This document shows, one piece after another, positions 25,444-38,896 of a stretch of 64,000 nt of DNA (position 1 is the stretch's first letter; each line of letters begins with the position of its first letter). Source of the stretch: Mytilus californianus. Taxonomy: Eukaryota. The notes beneath the pieces were generated by a model that saw only the letters and a program-made list of their open reading frames with translations, ran no database searches and was not told where the DNA came from. A program made the position numbers and the translations under genes. The stretch covers positions 24,304,001 through 24,368,000 of the forward strand of contig NW_026262745.1 of the NCBI RefSeq assembly GCF_021869535.1, written 5' to 3'.

Positions 25444-26080
25444 TTATTTGAACTGAGCAACCCCTTTGATCATCATAGGACCATCACTTGTCAGCAGTAA
25501 AGCTGGCCATACCTCATGGTGTAAAATCGTTCCACTTCTCGTAAAGAATCTAAAAGATGTTGTTATATCACCTCTTCTGACATCAGCTGGCCATAAAAGG
25601 CTCATGGGTGGATCTTGCACGTTCATAAACCATGCTATCTGCAAACATTTTTGGCTGTAGGATTTAACACTTGGAATTGTAAGGATATCTCTAATTCGCT
25701 CCCGGCGAAGTTGCCATTCGAAATTCTGAAAGCAAAACATACAATATATCCATAGGTCTGTGTCCCGCGTGCTAGTATCGGATTAAAATGATAGAAAATT
25801 CCTGTTTTTGTTACGTCTCATAGGGTATGCAACAATTGACACACACTTAACCTTTGATTAACACATGAATTGAATTACCTTTTTTTTTATCTTTAAGATA
25901 ATATTTTTTAACTGTACTTGTATTACAGGGCATTACTAATTTTCAGTCCCAATGGAATATTGGCTTAGCTCTACCAGTTACACTCTCTCCAAAACATATG
26001 GTCAAATAAAGACTTTTATTTCTAATCTATTTCTATATCCTTTTGGTATGTTTTATTATATACTTAACAATGCAAAGTAA

Positions 26081-26134
<54 letters not shown>

Positions 26135-29100
26135 TGTTGCTTAGCGTCCAGTGGCAAATATGTCATGCATGTTCAGGACGAAAAGCAAATTGAAAATCAG
26201 TTTATTAAATATAGAGAGTTCCCTCTTTCCTTGCCTCTCTAGTACAAAACGAGTGCTTGTTCAGTTCATGTTTCCTGTATATTTCGTTTTTAATGCATAA
26301 TTATTTAAAGAGGTAATATTGTTTGGTAAAATATGCATTTCAAAGGAAATAATCACAAATTATTTTATAAGAATTTAATCGAATACCTTATGTAATACTG
26401 GCAGACTTAATTCTGCATTTTCTTTTATACACTGCTTTGCATATCTTGGAAAACGAACCTCACACAGAGGATCAATATCAACATGTTTATGCTAAAATCA
26501 AATTATTCATAAATTTTATCAATGTGAAACAAATTTAAAAAAGAAATTTTCATAATTATTGGAATAAAGAAGACATTTCAAGAGCTACAATCATCTGAGG
26601 TTATTAGGTATCATAAATTTGAGGTAAGATATTCATATATCCGCAAATTAAATGAATTACTTACTTTGTATCATATTGTTAATTCAGTTTAAGATTACAA
26701 ACCAATTCTTTTTTTTCGAAAACGTGTTTGTGAGTGATTTTTTTACTAGTGACTACAAGCATAGAACATACAGCTAGTTTTTTACTAGTGACTACAAGCA
26801 TATAACATACAGCTAGTTTTTTACTAGAGACTACAAGCATAGAACATACAGCTAGGTTTTTTACTAGTGACTACACGCATAGAACATACAGCTAGTTTTT
26901 TACTAGTGACTACAAACAAAGAACGTACAGCTAGTTTTTTACTAGTGACTACAAGCATTGAACATACAGATAGTTTTTCTACTAGTGACTACAAACAAAG
27001 AACAAACAGCTAGTTTTTTACGAGTGACTACAAGCATTGAACATACAGCTAGTTTTTTACTAGTGACTACAAGCATAGAACATACACCTAGGTTTTTTAC
27101 TAGTGACTACAAGCATAGAACATTCAGCTAGTTTTTTACTAGTGACTACAAACAAAGAACATACAGCTAGTTTTTTTACTAGTTACTACAAGCATTGAAC
27201 ATACAGATATTATTTTTACTAGTGACTACAAGCATTGAACATACAGATAGTTTTTTACCAGTGACTACAAGCATAGAACATACAGCTAGGTTTTTTTTTA
27301 CTAGTGACTACAAGCATATAACATACAGCTTGTTTTTTACTTATGACTACAAGCATAGAACATACAGCTAGTTTTTTACTAGTGACTACAAGCATAGAAC
27401 ATACAGCTAGTTTTTTACTAGTGACTACAAGCATAGAACATACAGATAGTTTTTTACTAGTGACTACAAGCATTGAACATACAGATAGTTTTTTTACTAG
27501 TGACTACAAGCATTGAACATACAGATAGGTTTTTACTAGTGACTACAAGCATTGAACATACAGATAGTTTTAGTTAAATTATACTAAAATTGTTATCCCA
27601 TGAATCAACATGATCGAATAGGAGAGAGAGAGACGAAATGAGGTTAAGATGTTTTACCTGACTGTCAAGTTCGCTGTTCATGAATGAATCACCATTTGGA
27701 CTAATCATCAGTTCTTTCATGGACATGGCTATTTTACGAGTTTGTTTTTCTGCAGTTTCCTGTGTATATTCAAATGCCCTCTGTGCAAAAATCAGAATAA
27801 GTAAGTTAATATTAATATGAATATATACGCCGAGTTCAAAAATATTCGGAAAGGTGATATTGAAATTGACACAAAACTTAAAGATTGTTATCACAGATGC
27901 AATTTCCAGATTTTTTTAAAGTAAAAGGCACTATTGCAGTTGGAACAAACTACAATTTATAGGACAACAAGATGTCCTCCTTAAAGAACACGTACGATCA
28001 TTCATCTACATACATGATAAGTTAATATTGTGCAAATCCCCCTTTTCAACTTTAGGAAGATAAGTTATGATAAATGTGTGTTGGGTATATTTTATTAAGT
28101 TAAAAAAACGTTTAACTTACAGTTATTATGAACAAGATACCTTTAAGATAATGGACATTTCTAAAATGGCTCTTTCTTGACCGTTTATTTCATGCTTGTA
28201 AAGTCTTCTCAGATCTTCAAAGGCATCTGTCCATTGGTTGTCATATAAACTGTTAAACTTTTCAGCCACCTTTGTAGGTCTGTTCATATCGCTGAGATCT
28301 GCAATGTTTGGGTTGTTGTTCAACTTTGTTTCCATTCTTTACAAGTAAAAAAGATTGATATTAAGCTAATATGAAATAAATTATAATGGTAAACATTAAA
28401 TATTCAATGCATAACTATAATGCATTAATATAAAAGTAAGAAGATATGGTATGCAAATGAGATCATTTCCGCTAAAGAGCAATGCATAATATTTAAACAA
28501 CAACATGAACCATACAGACTTCGACAATGAGCAAAACCCGTACGGTATAGAAGTCATGTCCATTGCATACGCGCGTTTGCAATCCGACACCTCATCCGGG
28601 ACACATTTCGCCACGCAACACTGGTGCTGATATTGAACATTTCCGCATGCGCAAACGGATGGCCGGGAAAAAGAGATTTTTATCTATTCTTCCGGCTAGC
28701 CGGATTAATAAACACTCCGTGAAATGTTCCGGTATATAAAATATGTGAAACAATTCATAAGAGAAAAAAAACTGTTAGTTCAAGCTTATTACATTAAAAA
28801 AAAATAATGACAACCACAACAACAAAACGATTAAATAAACAAAACAACATATAAGGGCAACATATAGACCTCAAATATCGACAGGTGTCTATACATATTG
28901 TCAAGCTCTAAGTCGTCTTGAGTCTATAATAGTTGTGAATAAATTTAACAGAAACAGCATATGATCTGTCATTAAAATTCCAATTAACAATTAACAAAAA
29001 AAGACAAAGCCCACAACGATATAATATTGAAATACAGGTGTCTAAACAAGGTTAAAAAAAAGTTGTGAATGAAATTTAACATTGACTATCAAAGATCTAC

Positions 29101-31675
29101 AAGTAATACAAAATGCACAAAATGACAAACGGCAAATACCGGCGAGTTTCCTGACTTTGGACAGGCATATGGCCATAAAGTTATGTATTTATTTATTTTC
29201 TTATCGATATGATTGAAATAAATTCATGCATTCTTAACAAATGCCAATGTATTATTAACATACCTATCTCTTTCTTCCTTTTGCCGCCATTCGGTGACTT
29301 TACTAACTTTGTTCGGTTTAAAATGATTTGGTTTCACAGGTATAGATGTTTCAAATCCGTTAAAATTATTTATATCTGCCTGAAAAGGAAACAATTCTGC
29401 AATGTACTCATATTTAATCATCTGGCCTAGGAATATGATTTCAATAACAACGATGAGTTACGTAGAACATAGACCACAATAATTCAGAATTGCTGAACTC
29501 TTTATTGCTATATTTATGTGCTTCAAATGTAACATAAGAATTTCAATCATGATTTATATTTTTAAAAATAGTTATTATTACACCATTAAAAGGTAAACAG
29601 ATCACCAGTGAAATATATAGGCGAATTAAGTTGCATTTTCATCCCGTAACTGATGCATGAATGCATACAGTAGATCTACTCATTTGTTGATGCACCATCT
29701 TCTATATAAGTCGGATAGGATATATGTTTTCAAAAATACACATTCGAGAATGTTACTGTTTTCGTATTAAAATACAATCGCATATAACACCTTATATCAT
29801 TCTTTAAAAGATGCAACTAACAGTAAATGTTCACCCTGAAACCTCATGTAAGTAACAATTAGTTCTGAACATCAGGCATTAGGCCATTAGTGATTTCGTT
29901 TGAATTGTTTCATATGTTGTCCATGTCGGAGCCTTAATTAGATGACTATATTATATAGGTACATGTATGGATTTTGCTCATTGTTGAATACCGTACAGTG
30001 ACCTATAGTTGCTTACATCCATGTCATTTGGACTCTTGTTGATATTTGTCTCATTGGCAATCTTTCCATGTCTATTTAGTTTACATTCGTGATAAATGTC
30101 ACTAGTATTCTGATCTATTGATGGTTATTTTCTACTTTGAATTAGGTCTTTTTCCCTTTCCTCTGTTTTTAATAAAGATAACGAATACCCGTCTAATAAA
30201 GTTACTTCTGGCTATCAAGAATTCATTTAGTGCCTTCTCGCTGTATGTATGAATACCGGGAATATCATTTTTTCTGGCATTTGTAAGTACTTTAAGTACA
30301 GATGGCACCTGAAATGAGCAGTTAGAAAATCTATTTTAATAACCAGTAATCTTAACAATTTCAGAAATGAACATAAACATTGCTAGTATATAATATGAAG
30401 TGACTTCAACATTGGTTCATAATCGAGTTTTAAGTCATATTTGTTTAACCATGTTAACAGAATACAACTTTCAAAATTTTATTATAATCAGTAAAAAAAG
30501 ACGTGAAATGAAATTGACATGCTACGTGACAGTGATGAAAACTTTTAAGTCTGCCGCAGTAAATCCAGCCAACTTAAAACTATTTGTGAATGTTATGGAA
30601 TCAGATTTTAGCATTTGACACAATGCTTTACTTTATAGTTTTTTCTTTACATTTCGATTTGCCATCTGCCATCTGCCATTTGCATGCACAAAAGTCCATA
30701 AAAACGAATTTATCGATGAATAACCACCGAAGTATTATGTAGTGGTATTTTAAACTGTACAGTTTGTAGTTTAGATTCCTGATGGTTCAATGTTAGTATG
30801 TCTTAATGTTCAATACTTACATCGTCACAAGTAATTTCCTGGACATTATCTAGAAGAAATACCAGTTCGTCCCGAATATTTTTGGCCATTTCTGGTGTTG
30901 GTAAACTTGGCGGATTTGGTCTCTTCAGTTTCGCACATTGTTCTAGGAAATGTTCTAACCGGATAAAAGCTAGATTTATCTGAAAATTTAGAGTAAGTCG
31001 TAGAAATTTTAGTAAAGAGAGATACCTACTCTTCCGGATACGTAGAAACTATTCTGTATTTTATGGACCACAATATTCAACGTGTCCACTACACCGGACA
31101 TTACAAGATGCTGAAGAATGTCTTACATGATACGGTGACCAAACGTGTCCGAGAGGCCTGATTTGTTTGATGCCATACTATGGTCATTTAGAGAGACGGT
31201 TACGGTTTAATCCGTCTAGAAAAGTACAAAGAATGTTTAAATGAAAAACTGTAAGATAAGAAACTGGTTTAGCAATAAAGCTACAGTCTAGACACTTTTA
31301 ATCTCCAAATGGTCAACAAAAAGACAAAGATTACATATCACCAAGCATAAAAATTAAAATACAGGGGAACCCTAAACTTTATTAAAATTTAAATACATTT
31401 AAATTGTGAAACATACACTTTTAATTAATAACCCATATCATATTATTGACATTAAACTGAACATATTGATTTATGAAGTGAATTGATATTCATTTCTTTT
31501 TTAGTGATATCTTAAATGATTCGACTTTTTTATTCATTTCTATATACTTCAATCTGTTCTTCTTTAACAAATCAAATCAATATAAAGCCCATGTAAATTG
31601 ATGATACTGATAATAAATAGTAAAAGTCAATAATATTTTTAACAACAAATATTTACATACCTTCCGTCTATCCAT
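25444..31675 (-). CDS. G4: Mieap-domain protein with N-terminal helical domain, 371 aa
   Basis: complement(join(25444..25725,26387..26491,27658..27780,28141..28336,29264..29379,30189..30308,30821..30979,31661..31675)) = 1116 nt, open, all GT-AG, same phases as G3/G5. MDRRK|INLAFIRLEHFLEQCAKL...; NPNIADLSDMNRPTKVAEKFNSLYDNQWTDAFE; HEVWPALLLTSDGPMMIKGVAQFK. Confidence 0.88.
26081..26132. repeat. (ATTG)13 microsatellite attached to a dispersed-repeat end
   Basis: Direct tetranucleotide run followed by GCTTAGCGTCCAGTGGCAAATA. A related sequence lies near 24435. Confidence 0.9.
26738..27570. repeat. ~38-bp minisatellite, about 22 copies, in a G4 intron
   Basis: Unit TTTTTTACTAGTGACTACAAGCATAGAACATACAGCTAG with point variants. 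No unique spacers. Confidence 0.95.
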
Positions 31676-32284
31676 TTCTTTTTGAAATTATTCACTCATT
31701 GAAAAAAATTGGAACATATCCATGTTCATTGGAAAATTAAAGTGTATAAAATAAAACATTTGGCAAGTTGGAAAGTGTTTTAACCCAGCTTAGATTTATG
31801 CATCATTTGAACAAGTTACCTTAATAGGATAGCTTCAAAGATTTTTTTTTTGTATTTCATTTTCATTTTTTAATTCATATTTTCAATTCGTAAATTTCTT
31901 CCAAATTTATGAACAAGAGAAAATAATAATTCCATGTATTTTGACGCTTAAATTTAAATTGAGTCAATAAGTTAATATTATTACACTACATCGAACAATA
32001 ACATTGGTTTGTTTCATCGAATAATAAAATGTTACACTATATATGTACATTCAAATACTGTGTTTATTCCGTTTTTTTTTAAGTTGGAAATTTAATAACA
32101 CATAGTATTAAGAAAATGAATGTTCCATATACGTGATTTGCATATGTTATTGTTTAAATATACAGATAATTGGTTTCACATTTGAATAATTATACTAAAC
32201 TTGGCTTTCACCTATAAAGTGTAAATATATGTAAAATTGAATAAAATTCAAAACAATCTGAAGGGAGATAATTACAAATTGATA
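31676..32284. promoter_or_regulatory. Probable shared or overlapping bidirectional promoter of G4 and G5
   Basis: The predicted ATGs of G4 (-, 31675) and G5 (+, 32285) diverge and are only 610 bp apart. TSS positions are not determinable from sequence. Confidence 0.5.
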
Positions 32285-35200
32285 ATGGAAGAAGATACCA
32301 CAGAGGACGAGGAAAACAGGAAATTCCAACAGGTATTTATGACAATATAGTCTATGCGCTGTTTTACTCTCGTTTCGAACCTTGTCGAATTTGATTAACA
32401 CCTGGTAAAATTACAGGTTTTGCATGAAACGCAGAACTTGATTACTCTATAAAAGAACATAATATCGTTCCCACTTTTTATTGGAGCTTTCAATTTCAAT
32501 TTCAACTATGAGAAAAACCTATACCGTATAGTCGGCTATGAAAGGCCCCGATATGAAATATATGAAAAAATTGAATTGAGAAAACTAGAGGCCTAATTAT
32601 AACAAAACAATTTACGAAAAAAAAATATGACAGACATGAACCATGCAACGACAACCACTGAACTACAGGCTCCTGACTATGGACAGGTACATAAAGAATG
32701 TTGCGGGGTTAAACATGTTTGTGAGCGCTCAACCTTCCCTTAACCTTGGACAGTGGTGTTACAGCACAACATAAAAACAAGCTATAAAAATCAGATGAAA
32801 ATGGCTTAACTCATCAGATCGATACAAAGCAGAAAAACATTTAACAAAACACAGACAGGACGTGGCAAGGTATTTCTACATCCCTAACAACAAAAAAGAC
32901 ACAAAGTACAGATCTGAGAGTACTCGCAGTTACTGACAGCTAGTTCAAAGCCAATAAAAATTAATGAAAGAAATCATGTATCTAAGACGTTAATATCAAT
33001 CAGTACACATCCAACATCCAATGGATTTAGTGTAAAGACGTCATGGACATAATTTTTCTCGAGACAATTTATTCTGGAAAAACATGAATCAGTTATAGTG
33101 GAATTTGCTTTGAACTAGCTGTCAGTAACTGCGAGTATTCTTAGATCTGTACTTTGTGTCTTTTGTCGTTTTGTCTGTTTATAAGGTGTTTGTTAGTTAG
33201 TTTGTGGGCTTTGTGCCGATGAGATGAATCACACCCTTTCCAAACATTTTCCAACTGATTGTTACAGTTTGATCTTATATTATGCTGTTACTTTACTGTC
33301 CAGGATAGGGAGAGGGTTGAGCGCTTGCAAACATGTTTAACCATGCCACATATGAAATGTGACTGTCCCAAGTCGAGAGCCTGGCATTAAGTGGTTGTCG
33401 TCTGTCATATCTTTTTTCGTTCATTGTTTTATCATATATCAGGTCGTTTGGTTTCTCTTATGTTTTCATTTTGTCATGTAGGGCTTTAGCCAAAAGAAGT
33501 TTCCTGAAGTCTCCTTAATTTTATAATATGAAATACATAAAATAACATTGCATGAATTTTAGTTAAAAATGTCGATGTGTTGATCATTGAATAATAAAAA
33601 ATTGTGTAATATGACATTAATCCAATTTTTTATACCTTCTTCAAAAAAAATTTATTTGCTCTTTCAGCATTGAATGTACATCATTAATACGAATAACGTA
33701 TTGCTTTTTAATTTATTTACAGCTAGAGGAGGAGTTTAGCAATTTAGAAACTTTTCTTCGGAAGTGTAAAAAACTTCTTAGATCGAAGATAACATATAAA
33801 ATGTATCCAACCAAAACAGAAACAGAGGAAGCCGTATCAAGTCTACAGACCATCATTAGTATCAATGAAGAAACAGCAAATGATGTATGTGGACTAAACA
33901 AAGCCGTAAACTTTGTTTTTTAAGGAATCATGCTTAAATTCTACGATATACATGTGGGAAACAGTTAAAACTATGTGCAAGTTAAGATTTTTATTTGAAT
34001 GAAAGAAGTTTACCTAACTGTTTACTTTCTGCAGTGTAGAAACAGATTCTTAAAACATAAGCAAAATTTGTCTCTTGTTTTGAATGAATGAATGAATGAA
34101 TGAATGTTCATCTATCTTTGTAAAAAATAAAATATATTAAATTCGCCTTAAAATCCAGCAATGTATACTAAAAGCAGCAAATTCAGTATTTTTTACTTTG
34201 ATTCAAATAGTGTTGGTGTTTAATTTGATTATTATTCATGAGTTGAAGTTTCTTTAAATGTACTTGTATAATATGATAAAAGGAATACAATATATTCAAT
34301 AGCGAGGAATAGTTGATAATCTTTTTACAGGTAAAACTGGTATTTGAATTTATAGGATTAGTGCTGAACAGAAAATGGAAACAAGTAAAGAAAACTGTAC
34401 TGTCTGCCTGTATGGAGTTAGATGCTGCAGAATGTAAATATCTAAAGGTATATCAGTTACAAATATCCTATCATATATAGACCCCATTTTACTCCTCGTT
34501 TGTCAAAGCAGAGATGAAATTAATGAAATTGAATAAATAAAGATGTAAATTGATGAATAAGCTCTAGTTTGGTTAACGGTATTTGAAGATTATTATTTTA
34601 TATTCCAGAGGGATACTGTTGAGTCCAAGTTGAACAAACCATCAAGTATAGAGCTTGCGAATTTTGATGTTTGGAAGGAATCTGCTTTGTTACGATTTGG
34701 GTTAGAACTTTAATACTTTTTGTCGGATTTAGATTTTGTATTTTGTACAGTCTTGGCAAAACTTACTTTAATTTAATTCGGTAACCTAAAACACATGAAT
34801 ATAGCATAATCGTTTCACAAATTCGTCTAAGCACCTTTGTTAAAAAAATTCAATGTTTGCACTAGATTGACCAGCTGACCTAATGCATTTTAGCAATTCT
34901 CTTTGTACTTTGCAGTCAGGCAATTATAACCATCTTTAATGAAATGTTTTCTTAAATACAGTTTTTGTGTAGGACTTCCTGAGCGCCTTGAAACTTAAAT
35001 GATATACAAATGAGAGTTTCCACTTAAAAAAGGTTACTTACTGAAAGTAACTGTGTGAATATTTTCATGAATACACCACTGCTTTCAGTATAGAACCTGA
35101 AGAAGTCCTCAAATACGATACTGCACTTGCGGAAGAATGCATTGACAAATCTTTGCCTACACAAATGGCCAAACAATTTTGCGGTATTTACGACGTTTAC

Positions 35201-38200
35201 TGGTCAGAAGCCTTCAATCAAGCAAAACAACAATTCATCGACGACAAGGAAGATGAAGAAATAATAAAAGAAATAGCAACACTAACACAGGTATATATCA
35301 ATCAGATTTACTAGTAATAAATAATTTTTAACGCCACTGGTAAATGTAAATGTTTCTTTTTTTACTTTTTATGTGTATTTCATTTTTTTGCTTTAAAACC
35401 CTTATACTCAGGGTGAAATATCTTTCAGGTCTGAATTTAAAAAATAGAACAAACAAGGTAGAAGCTAAGAGATGAAATTAGCACATAATACTTTCATGTA
35501 CATATGTAAAATATTGACCACATAAAATGTGTATTTGGATCTTCTCATTTGTCCCATATATTTGCGTTCAATTTCTATGTGAAAAACATTCCGTTTTTAT
35601 TGAAGTGACTTGTATGTAAAATAATTTGTCCTTTAAGATAATACATTGTTTCAACATATGGGGCACTTTTACAGATATTTATGTACAACTTATACAATCT
35701 AAGTGAATTTTGCAGATACATATAATGAAGATTAAGATGGATTTAATGGGCAGTGCAGTTCCTTAAAACAAATACTGAACATCTCACTTACACATCTCTA
35801 TTTTTTTACATCCGAGTAAAACGTATTGTTTTTGCCTCACAAAGTGTAAATGTGCAATACTGGATTAACTTTCGTCAGAAACGATCAAAATCATAACTGA
35901 ATTAACGCATAGGTATCTGTATAACCATAAAGGAATTCATAAAAAAAAACTAATACCCAAACTATATAAGCTTATGTAAATTTGCTGGATGCCGTTGAAA
36001 CACAATTGGCGACTAATATTACATCAGAAGTTATTTCTATCCAATTGGGGTACATGTAATTCATAGTAAAATGTTTTTTTTTGTGCAACCTCAGAGAAAA
36101 ACGCTAAATGGTTGTTTCTTTGCTTTTTTTTTATTCATGCCGATACGGTATTTAACTTTTTTTAGCTTCTATTTGACTATATAAAGGATAAGGTAACTAC
36201 GCAAGTTAAACAAATGACTGTTACCATGACAAAAATAGTCACAGAACCAATCATCGTCAAGCAGAAATCCAGTAGATCCACATCTGTAAGTTGTAAGTCA
36301 TAATATTATTATATACTCTGTTACTACTGTTCTCAGCTGTCTTTTGTTAGTCATTTATTGTATATATCTATGTATATGCTTCTTGCAAATAAAGTATTCA
36401 TTCATTCACTCATTCATTCAAATTGGTATGGTATTACATTTCTATATGAGACAGGTGTTAAAACGTAATGAGATATCAAGCAATTAAAATGAGTCGACGA
36501 TAAACACCTGCAAGTTTCGAGTGAAAAGGGACAAAGTCTGTAACTATATAAAGTCTTTGTACGACTGATTTTTCTTTCGCTGTGAGGTATGGCTTTTTGC
36601 ATATTTTAAGTTATTCTTCGTTCCCTATAATTTTACAAAAAATACGTCGTACAGACTCTCAATCTAGACCATATAAATTCATCTTTTAACTTTTCTTGAC
36701 TAACACGTTCAAAGAAAAAAAAAGGAAACAGTGCACACGCGAATAACAAACCATCATAAAAAAGCAATGATCTTTTATTCTACTTTTGAGAGCACTTAAA
36801 TTTTAGCATTGATCGTCAATCATTACCACAGAAGTTGAATTCAAAATTAAGATTTGAAGAAATTGCATTCCGACCTATGAGAATTGAATCCTAGTTATTC
36901 ATTCATTTGAACTGACTTCTGTATATTTCAGACAACAAAAACTGTGAACACAAATGCAGAGGAATACCAAGCAGTGTTACCGTACGCTAGATTGGCAGTG
37001 AGAGATACAATTCGCTATAGTTTACCAGTACTAATGAAGGTGAAGTTCTGAAATATAATAATTGCAGTATTAAACATTTATCTTCTTGTTTGAAAGGTCT
37101 GTCATTTTGATATCGAAATTAAATCATGTGTCAATGATCATTTGAAAGACCGACCTTGCGAGATTTTCAAAGCCACTTAAGTTTCCAAACACCCCTAAGC
37201 TATTGAATAGTAACGTTCAACTTCGTACTTTATTTGGCCCTTTTTAACTTTTTTTCATTTGAGCGTCACTGATAAGTCTTTTGGAGACGAAAGGCGCGTC
37301 TGGCACACACAATTATAAGGGCATACGATACAGTTACAGGAGAGGTAATGACGTTGTTAACGTAAAATGTTATTTCCGCGACGTCAAACTGTGACATATC
37401 GGGAACAGATGCATTTTTATCATTCAGACAGATTTAACTTGAAAACGAGTTCATGGACCCCTCTTTTTTAAAATGACATTAGGTTTGATTACGTATGAAG
37501 ATTATTTGTCCAATTTTTATGAAAAAAATACCGATGAAATTTTTTTAAATTACTTAGTAGATAAATATACAGCAAAATATTCCGTTTTCTTTTTCTAAAA
37601 TCATGAAACTTTGATAAAAAATAATTATTTCCAAAGAATTGTTATACAAATTTAGAGCATACTTATGTAAAGAAGATTTTCCAAATATTTTTACAAAAAT
37701 CCGCTTTTGTTTATCTTTTGAAACAAAAAAGTTAGGTATGTCTATCCAAAGAATAGAAATGTCAAAAAAACAGATATTTTGAGTAAATGTCTAAAATTTC
37801 GACCCCATTTATCTCTTAAAGTAGCACATGAAGGTATATTTTTTATTACATATTGGAATTGACTAGGTGAAAAATAGCTTGTATGAAAATTTTCGTAAAA
37901 AAATCACCGTGGGATAAAAATTGTATCGTAAAACTATGCCCTTAATCCTGGTATCTTTGATGAGTTTATCGTTTAGCAAACCTTGTTTTATTTGAATACT
38001 TATACAGCCACTCGTGATAGGAATCCACTTTATAGAATGGAAAATGCGTTCTTAGCTCACCCGACATAGAATTGAATTGTTATTAAATTGACCGGAAAAT
38101 TAGTATTCATAAATTGGAACAAATCAGAATGAGGTATGAATCAAGTATAAAAGCAAGATAAGAAAAAAGTATTTGAATCTGAAACATACATGATTATATA

Positions 38201-38896
38201 AATTTCGTCTAACGATAAACCAGTTTGTAATGATCACTTTATCATTTGAATTAATTTTCATGGTATCGGTCATAAGTATATCCATTGGTATAGAAACATT
38301 ATTATCTGACTAGTCAGTAATTTCAGCAGGGTAGATTAATTACAATGTTGACTACACATGAGGGTATCAAATGGTCAGCAACATCATATCGTGACTTTGT
38401 TGTTGCTTTTATTTCTCGTCGGATCTGCTTTAGTTTGGAATATGGAAAACATAAACTTTACTATACATACAATCAACTTTGTTAGAAGAGGGAGGTCTGT
38501 TACTACGCAGATCTATCGAAGACTATGTATGCTACCATTTTAGACAGTAACTTCTCTTATTCATACTGATTTCGTAATAATTATTATGATAATTAATGTT
38601 TTGTATTACCACAGGACTTTACAGCAACGCAGATTTCACGGCAACTCAAACCGTATCTCAGTTTGGACAAAGTTAATAATTTCTTAGACAAATGTTCTCA
38701 ATTTTCATGGAATATCAATGTTATGGAGTTGCCTATGGTGCTTTTGTGGCCAACAGATGCAACAAAAGACAAACTATTTCATTATTTTAGATATTTTACA
38801 AAATTTGGAACTGAGCTAGAGCATGGTGTGTGGCCAGCTTTGTTATTAAATGAGGATGGACCAATTATGGTTAGAGGTGTGGTTCAGCTAAAATAA
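32285..38896 (+). CDS. G5: Mieap-domain protein with N-terminal helical domain, 376 aa
   Basis: join(32285..32332,33723..33884,34331..34447,34609..34700,35089..35290,36166..36285,36932..37039,38615..38896) = 1131 nt, open, all GT-AG. MEEDTTEDEENRKFQQ|LEEEFSNLETFLRKCKKLL...; PTQMAKQFCGIYDVYWSEAF; HGVWPALLLNEDGPIMVRGVVQLK. AATAAA at 39121. Confidence 0.87.
32541..33487. mobile_element. Long fold-back (inverted-repeat) element in G5 intron 1
   Basis: Inner arms 32894-32951 and 33107-33164 are 56/58 complementary. More diverged complementary blocks extend outward (e.g. GGTTAAACATGTTTG / CAAACATGTTTAACC). A fragment of the same family lies near 16200-16260. Confidence 0.65.
37318..37942. mobile_element. 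625-bp MITE with TA target-site duplication, nested in an older repeat
   Basis: Termini AGGGCATA...TATGCCCT with inner CGATACA repeats; TA at 37316-17 and 37943-44. The host repeat's empty site AATTATAATCCTGGTA is visible at 17111-17126. Confidence 0.8.

Noticed and set aside
26738-27570. CRISPR-like array
   Set aside because: The units are contiguous with no unique spacers, there are no cas genes, and the array lies in a eukaryotic intron.
30980-31101. Alternative G4 first exon (MSGVVDTL...SGR) with a 50-nt intron
   Set aside because: The intron is implausibly short. MDRRK|GTATGT at 31661-31675 has a better donor and parallels the short first exons of the paralogs.
31855-31864. ISRE/IRF-like GAAANNGAAA in the G4/G5 promoter
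   Set aside because: A single degenerate 10-mer is expected by chance at this AT content.
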